The notes below the pieces were generated by a model. It was not told where the DNA came from. It searched no databases and was given only the letters and a program-made list of their open reading frames with translations. 64,000 nt of DNA from a virus. Positions 36,013 through 47,565 of the stretch are shown piece by piece. The position numbers and the translations under genes were made by a program. The first letter of the stretch is position 1. Each line of letters opens with the position of its first letter. The DNA lies in the IMG/VR virus record IMGVR_UViG_3300027857_000001, positions 1 through 64,000 of that record. One strand, 5' to 3'.

Positions 36013-36672
36013 TTATGCCGTTGCCGGGACCGGCTGGATACCGCCGCCTCGCGCCTCAGCGTACGCACCGGCCCAGTCCCGGGTGAAGTACAGCCGGTCA
36101 CCATCCGGGGCGACGCAGCCATGCTCGGTGAGCACGTCGATCTCCTCCGGGAGCAGCACCGACGGGTCGTAGCCGGCGCGGTCGAGCGCGGTAGAGGCGT
36201 CGTACAGCATCTCGGCCACGGCCTCCAGCCCTGCCAGCCGCTCAGCGGCGGCGTCGCGGCGTATCTCCAGCTCGCGCAGCTGCCTCTCGGCGATGCGCAG
36301 GTCGCTTTCCGCGTGCCTGAGCTCCCGCGTGGCGGCTGCCTTGCGCTGGTCGAGCCGTCGTTTCCGTGCGTTGAGCCACCTGCGGTGCTGCTCCATCCGG
36401 AGCTTCGCCGGGACCTGCGGCCGTTCCCTGGCCTGCTCCAGGCCCTTCTCCGAGATCCGGTAGAAGATCGGCGGCCGGCCGGGCTTCCCTGTCGGCATGG
36501 GCTGCCGGTCGATGATGCCCTCGGCCACGCCGGCTTCCAGCCAGCGCCGCACTGTGCTGAGAGACGGGTTCCTCGTCAGGGCCAGGCCCTTGTTCCAGGG
36601 CCTGCGCGGCTGCTGTTTCGCGACGGCCGCGGTGATGGCCAGTGCGGTCTTCAGCTTGCGGCGGTTGCTCAT
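36013..36672 (-). CDS. wHTH plus coiled-coil protein
   Basis: STVRRWLEAGVAEGII...GKPGRPPIFYRISEKG. Confidence 0.55.
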   Translation of the reverse strand: MSNRRKLKTALAITAAVAKQQPRRPWNKGLALTRNPSLSTVRRWLEAGVAEGIIDRQPMPTGKPGRPPIFYRISEKGLEQARERPQVPAKLRMEQHRRWLNARKRRLDQRKAAATRELRHAESDLRIAERQLRELEIRRDAAAERLAGLEAVAEMLYDASTALDRAGYDPSVLLPEEIDVLTEHGCVAPDGDRLYFTRDWAGAYAEARGGGIQPVPATA

Positions 36673-36857
36673 GCCGCCAGCTTCCGCTGCCGTTCGCGCA
36701 GAGCCCGCTGGGCCATGACCCTCGCGCAGCCCTTCGAGCAGTACACGGCGTCAGCCCGGCGGTTCCTGAACGCGCTCCCGCAGTCCGGCCGGGCGCAGGT
36801 CCGTCTCTCCGGCATCGGCTGCTCGCAGTGGGGGCACAGCTCGGTGGTGCGCTTCAC
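36669..36857 (-). CDS. Small Zn-finger protein
   Basis: CPHC...CARPDC...AVYCSKGC. Confidence 0.55.
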   Translation of the reverse strand: MKRTTELCPHCEQPMPERRTCARPDCGSAFRNRRADAVYCSKGCARVMAQRALRERQRKLAA

Positions 36858-37196
36858 GTCGGCAAGGTATCACGGTGATACGTTCCGTGCGGGCTGAAAT
36901 ATCACGCCACGGTGAGGGAATAAGCGGTTACCACCTGAGGTCCGGTGCCGTATGCCTGTACTTCCCGTCCGGCCAGGACGCACGTTCCTCGATCTCGGCG
37001 GCACGGGCCCGCCATTCCCCGGACAGTGCCAGTTCTTCGGGTGACGAGTCCTCTGGCCATGGCGGGTACAGGCCGGCGCTCCTCTGCTCATCGGTCCGCC
37101 GGTCGTAGAGCAGCGCCAGCGGCAGCGAGTACGGCCTGGCATTCGCCGACCGTCTGCGCGGCCGGGATCGCGGTTGTGTAGTTCAGCGGCCTGCCG

Positions 37197-37697
37197 CTAG
37201 CCATCGCTCCCCTCCATCTGCTTCCGTACTGCCTTCTCTACGTCATCAGGTAGCCGCCACAGGCCGAGAGCACCCCGGCACGGGACCGGCTCAGCGAGCG
37301 GGCGGACGTTCTCCAGGAGCCAGTGGTACTGATCGCGGACCGCCCACGGCGAGCACAGCGGCCGGGTCGCGCCGCACGTCCCGCCGAAGTCAGGGCTCAG
37401 GTGGCAGCCGGACAGGCCGGCTACCGCGACTATGACGCCCTGGCCGGATGCGGCCTCATCGATCTCGAACCCGCACGCCTCGACGGCATCGAGGATGAGG
37501 TAGTTCTCCACGTCGCTGCGGTCCGGTCTGGTCTTGCTCGCGTGGATGGCAATAAGGCCCCGGTAGGCCGTTCCCCACGTGCGGTTCTCGACCGGCTTCG
37601 CCCCGATGGCGATCGCCCAGGCGTACGGCTGCCTGATCGAGAGCGCCCGCATGGCGTCCGGCTTGCCAGCTGGCATGTCAGTGAGCATGCGGGCCAT
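37197..37697 (-). CDS. ASCH domain protein
   Basis: ALSIRQPYAWAI..GAKPVENRTW...RGLIAIHAS...PCRGALGLW. Confidence 0.88.
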   Translation of the reverse strand: MARMLTDMPAGKPDAMRALSIRQPYAWAIAIGAKPVENRTWGTAYRGLIAIHASKTRPDRSDVENYLILDAVEACGFEIDEAASGQGVIVAVAGLSGCHLSPDFGGTCGATRPLCSPWAVRDQYHWLLENVRPLAEPVPCRGALGLWRLPDDVEKAVRKQMEGSDG

Positions 37698-39718
37698 CGC
37701 CAGCTACCTCCGGGTGTCTCCCGTTCACGTAGAGCCGCATCTCTTCGACAGCGTTGCCCACCGCTTCGCCGACGCTGGCCACGCCCGCATCGAACCCGGC
37801 CGCGTAGGCGTCCCGGTCGCCTGGCACCAGGAGCGTCATCGTGCGGCCTTCCGCTCGCCGGAGCACGTCGTACCAGTCCGGGTGCTGGCTATCCCAGGGG
37901 GTGTCGGTGGTGTACCAGTTGCCGATGTTCGCCTTGTTCGACACCCACACCTCCTGACGCGGCTCGCCCCAGTCGATGGCGACCACGGAGCCGGTCGGGG
38001 GTTCCGGCTTCAGATACTGGTCAGGTGCCATCGCTGTCCTCCTCGTCGTCGTAGCAGGTGCACGAGCAGTCGCACTCACCGCAGTCAGGGCACGCCTCGC
38101 GGGTGTAGACGCACAGGGAGCACGTCATCAGTGGTCCTCCTTCAGCCTGTCGAGCATGGCCAGCCGCAGCACGCATTCGGCCTCGGTCATCCGGTGGCCC
38201 GCGTCCCACGTGCAGCGGGAGCAGATCAGGGTGCCGTCCTGCGCTGTCTCGGGGGTCGCCGACAGCGGATGGGTCGTGAGAGCTTCCCGCAGCGCGGCCA
38301 GGGTGCGGCGGAGATCGAAGTAGGCGGTGCGCCGGAGAGTGGAACCAGACAGGCTCAGCTTCGCAATGTTCTCTTCGTTGCGCTGCTCGATCGCGTCGAG
38401 TGCGGCGGCCAGGTCGTCAGCCACTTGCGCCCTCCTCCCCGAGCAGCTCACGGGTGATCGCCTCGCGCAGGTCACGGGCACACGCGGCGCGGACCCAGCC
38501 GCGATCCTCGGTCAGCGCCGACACCGGGCCGTCATCGATCTCGTCCCACTTCCCCGGCATCCCCAGTACCGCGTCCAGCGCGGCCAGGAGCCGGGGGACA
38601 TCAGCGGCGGATGCACCCGCTGCCGCCGGGCTGGCGTATGCGAGCGCGGCCCGGTTCCTGATCCTGGCCAGCTCGGCACGGACGGGACCGGGGTCTGGTG
38701 CGTGCCCTGCCGGGTCAGTCATCGAACCCGTCCGCGTACGAGCACAGCAGCCATGCCGGCTTCTCCGCGACCGGCGTCAGGCCGAGCGTCCCGAGCGCGG
38801 CGGCGAGCTGCTCGTCCCAGCCGCGCCGGGTCGCCTCGTCCGCGCCGAGCAGTCCGCCGGCGTCCTGCGGGTTGCCCCGGCTCGCCTCCAGCGCCTTCGC
38901 GGCCAGGATGAACATCGGCGCGGTATCCGAGCAGTGGATGACGATCGTGACGCCGAGCAGCTCCAGCGCCTCCTCGCGGTGCTGGTAATAGTCCGCCGAG
39001 CCGTCTTCCGCAGTGAAGCCGGCAGCGGCCAGAAGCTCGTCCTCGGCTTCAGCGGCGAACGCGCTCAGGTCATCCCAGTGGCTGCACCGCTCGTCGTGCC
39101 AGGGGACAGCCAGCTCCCCGTACTCACCGACCTCGCGGACCTTCCACTCGTCGTCGGCGCTGCCCAGGTCGTAACCGTAGGCGAGGATCGCGTCTGTTGA
39201 CCGGCCCATTCGTTACTCCTTTCCCGCCGTTACGGCGGCTGTCTCATCCCACTGCCCGTATTCGGCTAGCGGGATCACGCCGAGCTTCACGCCTTCAGCG
39301 AGCACAGTCGCCGCGGTGAGCGCCAGCAGCGCGTGCACCTGGGCGAGCTGCCCGGCCTGGACGTGATGGTTACGAAGCTCGCCCTCGTAGTCCGCGGCGG
39401 CCATGGCGAACCGCTCAGCTATGCGAAAGTGCTCCGGTCCTGTCATCGGCTGTCCACTCCTGTCGTTGCGGCGGTCATCTCAAGCAGCTCCAGCCCGTAC
39501 ACCCAGAGCCGCACGTGCGTCGTGAACCCGGCTGAGGCCCGCACCGAATACCCGGCGCACTCCTCGCACTCCATCCGGGTCCGCCTCTGCGGCGACAGCC
39601 CGGTCAGCCAGTCGGCGACGACCAGCCGGGTGGCGGTGGCGTGCCGGCACGTCTCGCAAGTCAGCGGCTGCTCAGGGCCGGCTGCCGCAGGCACGGCCGC
39701 CGGATCGGCACTCATCAG
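37678..39718 (-). other. Run of short, overlapping hypothetical phage genes (e.g. 37678-38031, 38021-38128, 38128-38481, 38715-39209, 39213-39446)
   Basis: Tightly packed - strand ORFs with ATGA/GTGA couplings. Confidence 0.5.
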
Positions 39719-40056
39719 GGCCTCACCCCGGCCTCGTCGACGCTCCCGCGCACCCCCATGCGCCCGAGCAGGCCCATGGTCCGCAGCACCCGCAGCACCG
39801 GCTCGGCGGTGCACGCGATGGCGAACTGGCTGCCACGGGCCTCCTGACGTTTCATCGCGCCCACCAGGACGCCGACGCCCACGTTGTCGAGGAACGTGAC
39901 GCCGTCCAGGTCGATGACGAGCGGGGCAATGTTCTCCTCGGTGATGCTCCTGGCCAGTTCGCGAAGCTGCGGGGCGGTGCGGAAGTCCACGGACCCGGCG
40001 ACGGTGATGACCACCAGGTCGTCAGACGTCTCGTGGCTGAGCCTGATCGCGGTCAC
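39715..40056 (-). CDS. STAS anti-sigma-factor antagonist (BldG-like)
   Basis: VAGSVDFRTAPQLRE...LVIDLDGVTFLDNVGVGVLVGAMKR...VLRVLRTMGL. Confidence 0.85.
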   Translation of the reverse strand: MTAIRLSHETSDDLVVITVAGSVDFRTAPQLRELARSITEENIAPLVIDLDGVTFLDNVGVGVLVGAMKRQEARGSQFAIACTAEPVLRVLRTMGLLGRMGVRGSVDEAGVRP

Positions 40057-42634
40057 TGCCCGGCCTCCAGTTCGCTCATCTTCGCCAGCGCTGACATCGC
40101 GGCTCCGGTGTGGGTGCCCCACGCGATCGCGTCAGCGACCTCCCCGGAAGCCTCTGCCGCATGAAGCGCGGCCTCGGTCTGCTCTGCGCTGAGGGTCAGG
40201 TAGCCCTTCAGCGCCTCCCAGCGGGCCTCTGCGGCACCAGGGAACACCGCGCCGAGCGAGACGGCGAACTCTTCCAGCCATTCCTCGGCGGCCAGCTTGA
40301 GCACCTCTGGGTCCTCGTCCCGCCGGTACCTCTCGCAGAGGACGGGGAACGCCGAGCTGAGCGTCCAGCACCTGGCGTCTCCCCAGATCATGAACATCCG
40401 GTCCAGGGTGCCGGCGTGGCCGCTCCATCCGCCGTACCGGGCCTGCTCCCAGCGGATGCGGGCGGTCCCGGTCACGAGAACTCACCCGGCACGAACCGGT
40501 TTCCCTCCGCGTCAAGATGCTCGCCCCGGTTCAGGTCGTTCCGGCCGCCGCGCCGGTCCTCGATCAGCTTGAGCAGGTCCGCCTCCGGTACCTGGCGGCC
40601 GTGCTCGTCGTAGATACCGCCGAGGTCCAGCAGCTTCCGCCAGGACGCGAAGTCGTTCACCGGCTCGGTAACCACATCCGGGCCGTCCCATTCGGGGTTC
40701 GGGTAGGCGCGGAACGTGAAAGCCCAACCGGTGCTGGACTTTCCGAGGTGAACCCAGCGCGAGCACTGCTTCTCGCACGCACCCTCGGGGCGGACGTAAT
40801 AGTTGGTCCCCATCAGTCAGTCCTTCCGTGCGGTGACGATCAGGCGGCTGAAGTACCCGCCCGCCTCCCCGCTGCGCTCAACCGCGTACCCGGCCGCCTC
40901 GATGACCTGCGCGTAACGCTCCTCCATCTCGGCGGAGCGCTGGCGGTCGGCGTCAGCGGAGTGGAACCGACCGTCCTCGTGCCCGACGTGCACACGACCG
41001 CTCTCGTAGCCGCGGACGACGTAGCCCTCACTGTGGTTGCGCCAGCCCTTGACGCCGGTCGCGCTCGACTCGGACCGCTCAAAACCGGCACGCTTCAGCA
41101 GGGCGCTGATGCCCTGCGGGGTGGGGGGCTTGTGGGTCATGACCTTCTCCCGAAGAGGACAGACATGATTGTCAGGCCGATGCCGTAGATCAGCAGGAAG
41201 TAGCCCAGGGTCGGGACCAGGGCGCTCAGGTGGTGCTGGTGGGTGAGCACCGCTGTGCCCCAGAAGGTGCACAGGAAGGCGATGCTGAGCTTGAAAGCCG
41301 CAGTCTTGTCCATCATCAGTCCTCGTAGTCGGTGCGCTCTTGCGCATAAAGATCTTTGGTCTCGCGGTCCGGCACGGCCGGGGAATCAGCGGTCCACCCG
41401 GAAGCGATCAGGTCAGCACGGAGGGCGGCGAGCTCCGGCGGCAGCGGTCGCTCAGCGGATGCCAGCGCGGAACCGTCTGCTGTTGCTCGCCGCGCCTTGG
41501 GCAGCGAGGAGAACAGGCCGCAGTCGGTGCCGGTCGGCAGGTGCTCAACCGTCCACGGGGTTCCGGTGTCCTCGACTCGCGTGAAGGCGTACTCGCCGTC
41601 CTTCGAGACTGCCGCCCAAGCCTCGGTCCGGCCGGTGCGGAACGACGGGTGCTGCTCGGTTATCTCGACCGGGGTGAGGCGGGTCCGGGTACTGGTCACC
41701 GGCCAGTCCCCTCCCTGTTCGGCATCGCCACGCCGAGGACCGCGGTTACGATCTGGTCCAGCGCACGCGGGATCGTGCCGGAGAAGCCGTTCCCGGCCCC
41801 CGGGAACGCGATGCTGCGGCGGACGTCATCCTCGCCCCACCGCTGGACTGCGGCGTAGGTGATCCCGGCGCGGTCAACCGCGTAGATCGAGCGGATCTCC
41901 CTCGCGTCAGGGCGCTGCTCGATGCGGTGCGCCATGGAGTCGGCCAGAGCCTCGCTCCGCCGCGCCGTACCGGGCTTGCCGCCGTCGATCTCCCACGCCT
42001 CGCAGCGGAACGCGGCACCGTGGAGCCCTTCCGGCGCAACACTGGACAGCAGCGAGGACTGACTCGTGCTGATCGCGGCGAACCGCGCGAGCACGGCCGG
42101 CGGCCGGTCCGCCGACCACATCTCGTCGGGCAGCGGAAGGGCGGAGATCCGGGGCTTGCCGCCCTCCACGTACAGGAAGCACAGGGCGGGGGCCTCGTCC
42201 CACTCGCGCCGGGCGAGCAGCTCGGCTGCGAGGGTGTCCGCGATCAGGTGGTGCAGTCGTCCCATCAGTCAGTCCTCCCCGTCCGGGCCTTCAGCGATGT
42301 ACTCCTCAAGCGCGCAGGCGAAGGTCTCGACGCGCTCATCAGTCACAAGCACTGCGGCGCTGGCGTGCTTCACCAGGAACTCGCGGACTTCGGTCCGGTC
42401 CACTTTCGGGGCGATTGCCGCGAAGATGATGTCGGCGGGGGTCTTCTTGGCAGTCACCGATCAGCCCTCCTGTCCCTGGTACCACGCCTCGGCGGCGACC
42501 TCGCGGTCTGCTTCCGCGCAGCAGGCGTCGTCTTCCGCGTCCGTGAGGACATCACCGTCCGTCTTGCCGAACAGGCGCTCAGCGGCGTTCTGGTGGGCGG
42601 ACGTCCAGCGGTCGTCCTCGGCTGCACTAGTCAT
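40053..42634 (-). other. Run of hypothetical phage genes (40053-40475, 40472-40813, 40817-41140, 41696-42265, 42269-42457, 42461-42634)
   Basis: Coupled - strand ORFs with no recognisable family. Confidence 0.45.
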
Positions 42635-42691
42635 GTGACTAGTATTGCGCGGACATTGCCCTCTAGTCAAGTGCCTAGTAGCATCGAGACT

Positions 42692-42901
42692 ATGGTTCTT
42701 GCCGTGCACCATCTCGTCGGCTCCCAGGAGATTGGGGCAATGCTCGGTGTCGGCCGCCAGCGGGTACAGCAGCTCATCAAGCGCCACGACTTTCCTGTAC
42801 CCGAGGTAACGCTCGCGATGGGGAAGGTCTGGAAGCGCGCCGACGTGGAAGAGTGGGCACGGGGGCGCGGTCGCCTCATTGCTGACGAAGCTCCCGCGTA
42901 G
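42692..42901 (+). CDS. AlpA-like HTH regulator
   Basis: LVGSQEIGAMLGVGRQRVQQL...DFPVP...GKVWKRADVEEW. Confidence 0.75.
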   Translation: MVLAVHHLVGSQEIGAMLGVGRQRVQQLIKRHDFPVPEVTLAMGKVWKRADVEEWARGRGRLIADEAPA

Positions 42902-42906
42902 CCCGC

Positions 42907-43458
42907 TCACGCCGCCCCATCCCAGAGCGTCAGCGGCATCTCCCGGCAGGCAGCCTGCGCCGGCCGGGAAACCGACGTCCACGGCCTGGCCGACGGGTTC
43001 AGCACCCGCTCCCACAGGTACCGGGTAACTCCGCCGGTCCCGTGGTCCTCGCGGTACCGCCGCGACGACTCGAAGTGGTCAGTCCGCGGCCTGCGCTCGG
43101 CGATGAGCACGAAGCCGGCGGCCCGCAGGCTGGCCCTCGACTCGCCTTCCTGCGTGTACGTGATGATCCGGCCCCACCCGAGCGCCTTCGCGGCCCGGGC
43201 GGCGGCACCGTAGAGCATGGAGCAGGCATTATCGGTGCCGTCCGTCGTGCAGCGGGTCACCTCCAGCGTCACGCCGTCCTGGTTGCCCGGGCCGCTCGGC
43301 CTGCCGCTGATCGCCACGCCTAGCAGGACATCCGCGTCGTCCGCCACGCCGACACTGAACTTGTGGCTGGCCGGGAGGACGTGGCCGTGGTGCCGGTGCC
43401 ACATCGCGGTGAACGCTTTCGCGTCGTCGCGGGAGACGGTGACGATGCGGAGGGTCAC
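42907..43458 (-). CDS. XF1762-family (GNAT-like) protein
   Basis: WHRHH...HKFSVGV...GVAISGRP...LEVTRCTTDGTDNACSMLYGAAARAAKALG..RIITYT. Confidence 0.7.
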   Translation of the reverse strand: MTLRIVTVSRDDAKAFTAMWHRHHGHVLPASHKFSVGVADDADVLLGVAISGRPSGPGNQDGVTLEVTRCTTDGTDNACSMLYGAAARAAKALGWGRIITYTQEGESRASLRAAGFVLIAERRPRTDHFESSRRYREDHGTGGVTRYLWERVLNPSARPWTSVSRPAQAACREMPLTLWDGAA

Positions 43459-44297
43459 GCCGTCTCCAGCCCGTCGAACAGGCTGCCCTGCGCGAACGGG
43501 CGGTTCGACCACAGAACCTCGGTTCGCCGCGCGGTCCCGTCGTGCGAGTTGCCGGTGAACGCCGGGAACTCGACCCGGTGCCAGCCATCGTAGGCCGATG
43601 AGTACAGCGGCGAGTCGTAGCCCGACAGGACGACTGCCGCCCGGGCCGCCAGCAGCGCCTCGGCAAGCTCTGCGTGCTCAGCCTCGGTGCGCATCTCGTG
43701 CTGGTACGACGGGCCGCGGCCGGCCGACGAGCGGGTCTCCTCCAGATACGGAGGATCGGCGTAAATCAGGACGTTCTCGTGGCGGCCGTAGCGGCTGATG
43801 ACCTCCAGCGCGGGCAGGCATTCCAGCGAGACACCCGCGAGCCTTGCCGCAGCGGGAGCGATCCGCCCGGCGTAGGCCGCGAGATAGTCCGGCATCGTGG
43901 TCCGCGAGCCGCGCGCATCCTGGTAGTGCCTCCAGCCGGTGAGGTGGTGCAGCTGCCCGCTCCGGCCCTGGGTGAGCCGTATCCACACGCGGCGGGCCCG
44001 CTCCAGCTCGTCCGTGCCTTCCGCGATCCGGATGGCGTCAGCGTGCTCTGCCCGCGAGTGCGGAGTCAGGAAGCATGCGCGCTCAAGGTCGTCCGGGCGT
44101 TCCCGCAGCGTACGCCAGAACGCCACGAGATCGCCGTCGAGGTCACTGACCGTCTCCATCATCGACTGCGGCTTGGCCAGCAGGACCGCCAGGCTTCCCG
44201 CGAACGGCTCGACGTAATGCTCGTGCTGCGGCAGCAGCGAGGCGATCTCGGCGGCAATCCGCGTCTTGCCGCCGAAATACGTAAAGGGGGGCTTCAC
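43455..44297 (-). CDS. DNA adenine methyltransferase (Dam/D12 class)
   Basis: YFGGK, YVEPFAGS, IYADPPY, VVLSGY. Confidence 0.9.
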   Translation of the reverse strand: MKPPFTYFGGKTRIAAEIASLLPQHEHYVEPFAGSLAVLLAKPQSMMETVSDLDGDLVAFWRTLRERPDDLERACFLTPHSRAEHADAIRIAEGTDELERARRVWIRLTQGRSGQLHHLTGWRHYQDARGSRTTMPDYLAAYAGRIAPAAARLAGVSLECLPALEVISRYGRHENVLIYADPPYLEETRSSAGRGPSYQHEMRTEAEHAELAEALLAARAAVVLSGYDSPLYSSAYDGWHRVEFPAFTGNSHDGTARRTEVLWSNRPFAQGSLFDGLETA

Positions 44298-45074
44298 GGC
44301 TAGAACAGCTCCTCAAGCGCCTTGGCAGCGCCGCACTCCTGGCAGCAGTAGCCGCCTTCGCCGTCGGCGCGGATCTTGTCCCCGAGAGCGATCCGGCCGC
44401 CGCAGCCGGAGCAGGAACCCGGATAGCCGGCCCGGAACCACGGCGAGCCGGGCATGACCGGGTGGTGCTCCCCGGCGCGTGCCCGTTCCTCGGCACCAGT
44501 GCAGTGGCCGCACATCTCCGGGGGAAGATCCGACATCTCGCAGCGGATCATCAGAACGGTGCTCCCTTGTCAATGAGGGCCGGGACGCTGGGCACTCTGG
44601 CCAGCCGCCTGGCGGCCGATGTGAGCGAGCACCGCACGTCCCCGCGGATCCGCTCGCGCTCCTCATCGGCGAGCGGGGTCCAGCCGCGCAGGTCGTACAT
44701 CAGCTTCTGCATCAGCCGGACGGGAGGGCGCCACACGACGCGGCCGTTCACGACGATGGCGCACGAGTGCACCCACTCGTCGCGGACTGCCTCCAGGAAC
44801 GTGCACTCCGCGACAGGGGCGTCGGTGCTCCAGGATGCATCCGGCCGGTGCTCCTCTGCGGTCCAGAAGAACGCCGCGAACCCCTCATAGGTGCTCCAGC
44901 ACGACGGGTGGTTGATCCTGCCGTTCGTCAGCCGGCTGTAAGTCATCAGGCGCAATCCGCCGGCCGGGCCGAGCGCCTCAGCCGCTCCCGGCACGACGGC
45001 CAGGAGGTCAGCGTCGAAGGTGTCGCACCACATGCCGGAAGGCTGCCCCGGCGCCGTCTCGGGCTGCCCGGCGA

Positions 45075-45431
45075 TCACGACGGCTCCACGATGTCGAGCA
45101 GCCGCTTCAGCGCATCATTCTCGCCGTCGCTGAGCGGCCGGAACCCGGCCAGGACGGTCTCCAGCTCCGCACGGGGCACCGTGACCATGCCCTCCGCAGC
45201 CCGGCAGCGAGAAGCGGCCGGCACACCGTGGCCTGCGAGGAGCGCATCCGCTGTCGTCAGGTACAGCGCGGCGAACGCGGCCAGCTCCTCGGCGGACACC
45301 CGCCTGTTGCCGCGCTCTATCTCGCTGACCGCTGACCGGCGTATCCCGAGGCGGGCCGCTGCCTGCTCCTGCGAGATGCCGAGGCCGACCCGGAGGTCAC
45401 GGAGGGTTGCGGCAAGATCAGCGGCGGTCAT
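45075..45431 (-). CDS. XRE HTH protein
   Basis: LRDLRVGLGISQEQAAARLGIRRSAVSEIERGNRR. Confidence 0.8.
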   Translation of the reverse strand: MTAADLAATLRDLRVGLGISQEQAAARLGIRRSAVSEIERGNRRVSAEELAAFAALYLTTADALLAGHGVPAASRCRAAEGMVTVPRAELETVLAGFRPLSDGENDALKRLLDIVEPS

Positions 45432-45642
45432 GAGACGCTCCCGTCCTGCGCGCTGGCCAGCCTGCGGTGGAACGTGACGGCCGGGCACGCGCCGGAGCGG
45501 TACTTCAGTGTCATCCTGGACGTCCCGTCCTTCTTGTACACCGCTGGCACCCACGTGCATGTACAGGCGTGGTGGATCTCGGGTACCGAGAGGAGGACCG
45601 CCGGGCCGGAGAAGGGTCCGTTCTGCTCGCGGCGCTGGAAGG

Positions 45643-47565
45643 TCATGACACCCTCCTGGCATCCATCAGCGCGCGGACCAGGAGCAGGTACCCGAGCAGT
45701 CCCTGGTGCACCGACCACACGACGTGGCGCTGGCTCTCGTCGCCGCCCTCGTGCTCAGCGAGCCAGGCAGAGCAGGACACGGACGCCGCGAGCAGCTCGC
45801 CATGGATACCATCAACGGAGGCTCTGGTGCTGTTGTCCCGCCGCCCTGCCACCTCGTCTTTCAGCCGGGTGATCTCCGCGACCCACTCCTCAAGCCGGTG
45901 GGTGCCGAAGTGGTCCGACAGCTCCCGCTCGATCTTCTCTGCGTGCCCCTGCGCCGATACGAGGGTCATCATGCCCACGCCGAACACGTCCGCCAGCGCC
46001 GAAGCCCGCACAGTCGGCGCATCGGCGGCAAGGGTCCACGGGCAGGCGGCGATCGGGCATTCGATGATGGTCGTCATGCCGCCGCACTTTCCGCCAGCAG
46101 GCCGTCGATCCACTCCATGAACGCCGTCCAGCGCTCCTCGGGGGTCTTGAGCTCATAGGTCTCGTCGTTGCGGTAGGCCAGCTGCCAGGCCAGCGTGTAC
46201 GCGATGCCTGCTTCCTTCTCGGCAAGGCCGGCGGTTTCCGCGAGCGGGTCGCCGCCGTCCTCGCCGTCGATCAGGATGGGCAGCGAGGCGAACGCCTCGT
46301 CGGGGTCCATGCCGTCGCGGACCTTCCGGTACCAGAGCAGGGCACCGTTGACGCACACCCCGCAGCCCTGCTCGGCTTGCTTCCCGGCCAGCGCCTCCCG
46401 CTCGGCCTGCCGCTCGTAGCGGAGATTCCGCGCGCGTTCCTCCAGGTAGCCGTCCAGATCGCGGGGTGTCCAGCCGGAGGACCGGATGTACTCGCGGCTC
46501 TCATCCGCGTCCCGCTCGACGTCGGCGTCGGTGATCTCCGGCAGGCGAACGTCGACCGTGCCGACGGTGCACATCGCCCCAGAGATCAGGCGGCGCTCAG
46601 GCAGCGCCAGGAGCGCCTCGCGGATCTCGGCGAGGGCCTTGCGGCCTCGCTTGCTCCTGAGCACCTGCCGGGCGTTGTGCGCCCACCTGCCGTAGGCGAG
46701 GACCGCCTCCGGGTCGTCGTCGTAGTCGCCGTCCCGGTAGCGGCTCATCGCTTCGGTCCTCCCGTCTCGCGGTCACGGCGGATCGCCGCGAGAAGCTCCG
46801 CGCGGTGCTCCGGGCTGTACGCCCGCTTCTCCATCGCCGCTGTCAGCTCCTCCGCGGTGAAGATCTCAGCTGTCACCTCGGCTTCCCCGGCCTGGCGCAG
46901 CGTCCGCGCTGCGTCGTTCAGCCGCTCGATCTCGTCCTGGTCGATGCCGAGGTCCGCCAGGTGCCCGGCGAGCAGCTCTCCCGCTAGCCCGTCCGCCGTC
47001 AGTGCTTCCCCGATCTCGCGGGCGGCCAGCGCGGCGACGTACGGGACCGCCGCCATCCTCGCCAGGAGCGTGACGATCGTGAACCCGGACCGGAACTGGT
47101 CCAGGGCGGCCAGGTTCGCGGGGAAGTCCTCGTACATCCATGCCTGCCACGCGGACTCGGCCTGTACCGCGAAGTGCCGTGCGAGGGAACGGGCAGGGTG
47201 CGGGTCGTCAGCAGCAGGCCACGGGGCGATCCCGTCCATGCGGGCGCGGATCTGGGCCGCTGTCATCGGGACGGCGTCGGGGGTTGCAGTCATGGCGTGG
47301 TCTCCTTGCTCAGCAGGGCCATAGCGGCATCGACGTCAAGCGCGCCGGCCTTCCACGCTTCGTCAGCGGGCAGGCCGAGACGCTCCAGAAACACCCGGAG
47401 CTTCGTCTCGCCGCTGTAGAGGTCACGGAGCTTTTCGTCGGCGAGCGTCTGCAACTCGCCTACCAGCCGCTGCTGGACGGCGAGGTCGGCGATCAGCTGG
47501 CGTGCTGCCAGCCTTGTCGCGCGAGCCAGCGGGTCCGGGGTCGTGGTCTCTCCGGTGGGGGTCAT
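45643..47565 (-). other. Run of hypothetical phage genes (45643-46077, 46074-46748, 46745-47293, 47290-47565)
   Basis: Coupled - strand ORFs. Confidence 0.45.

Noticed and set aside
36900-37205. Chimeric or truncated small ORFs (MASGRPLNYTTAIPAAQTVGECQ...)
   Set aside because: Probably ordinary phage gene decay; family cannot be supported without a search.
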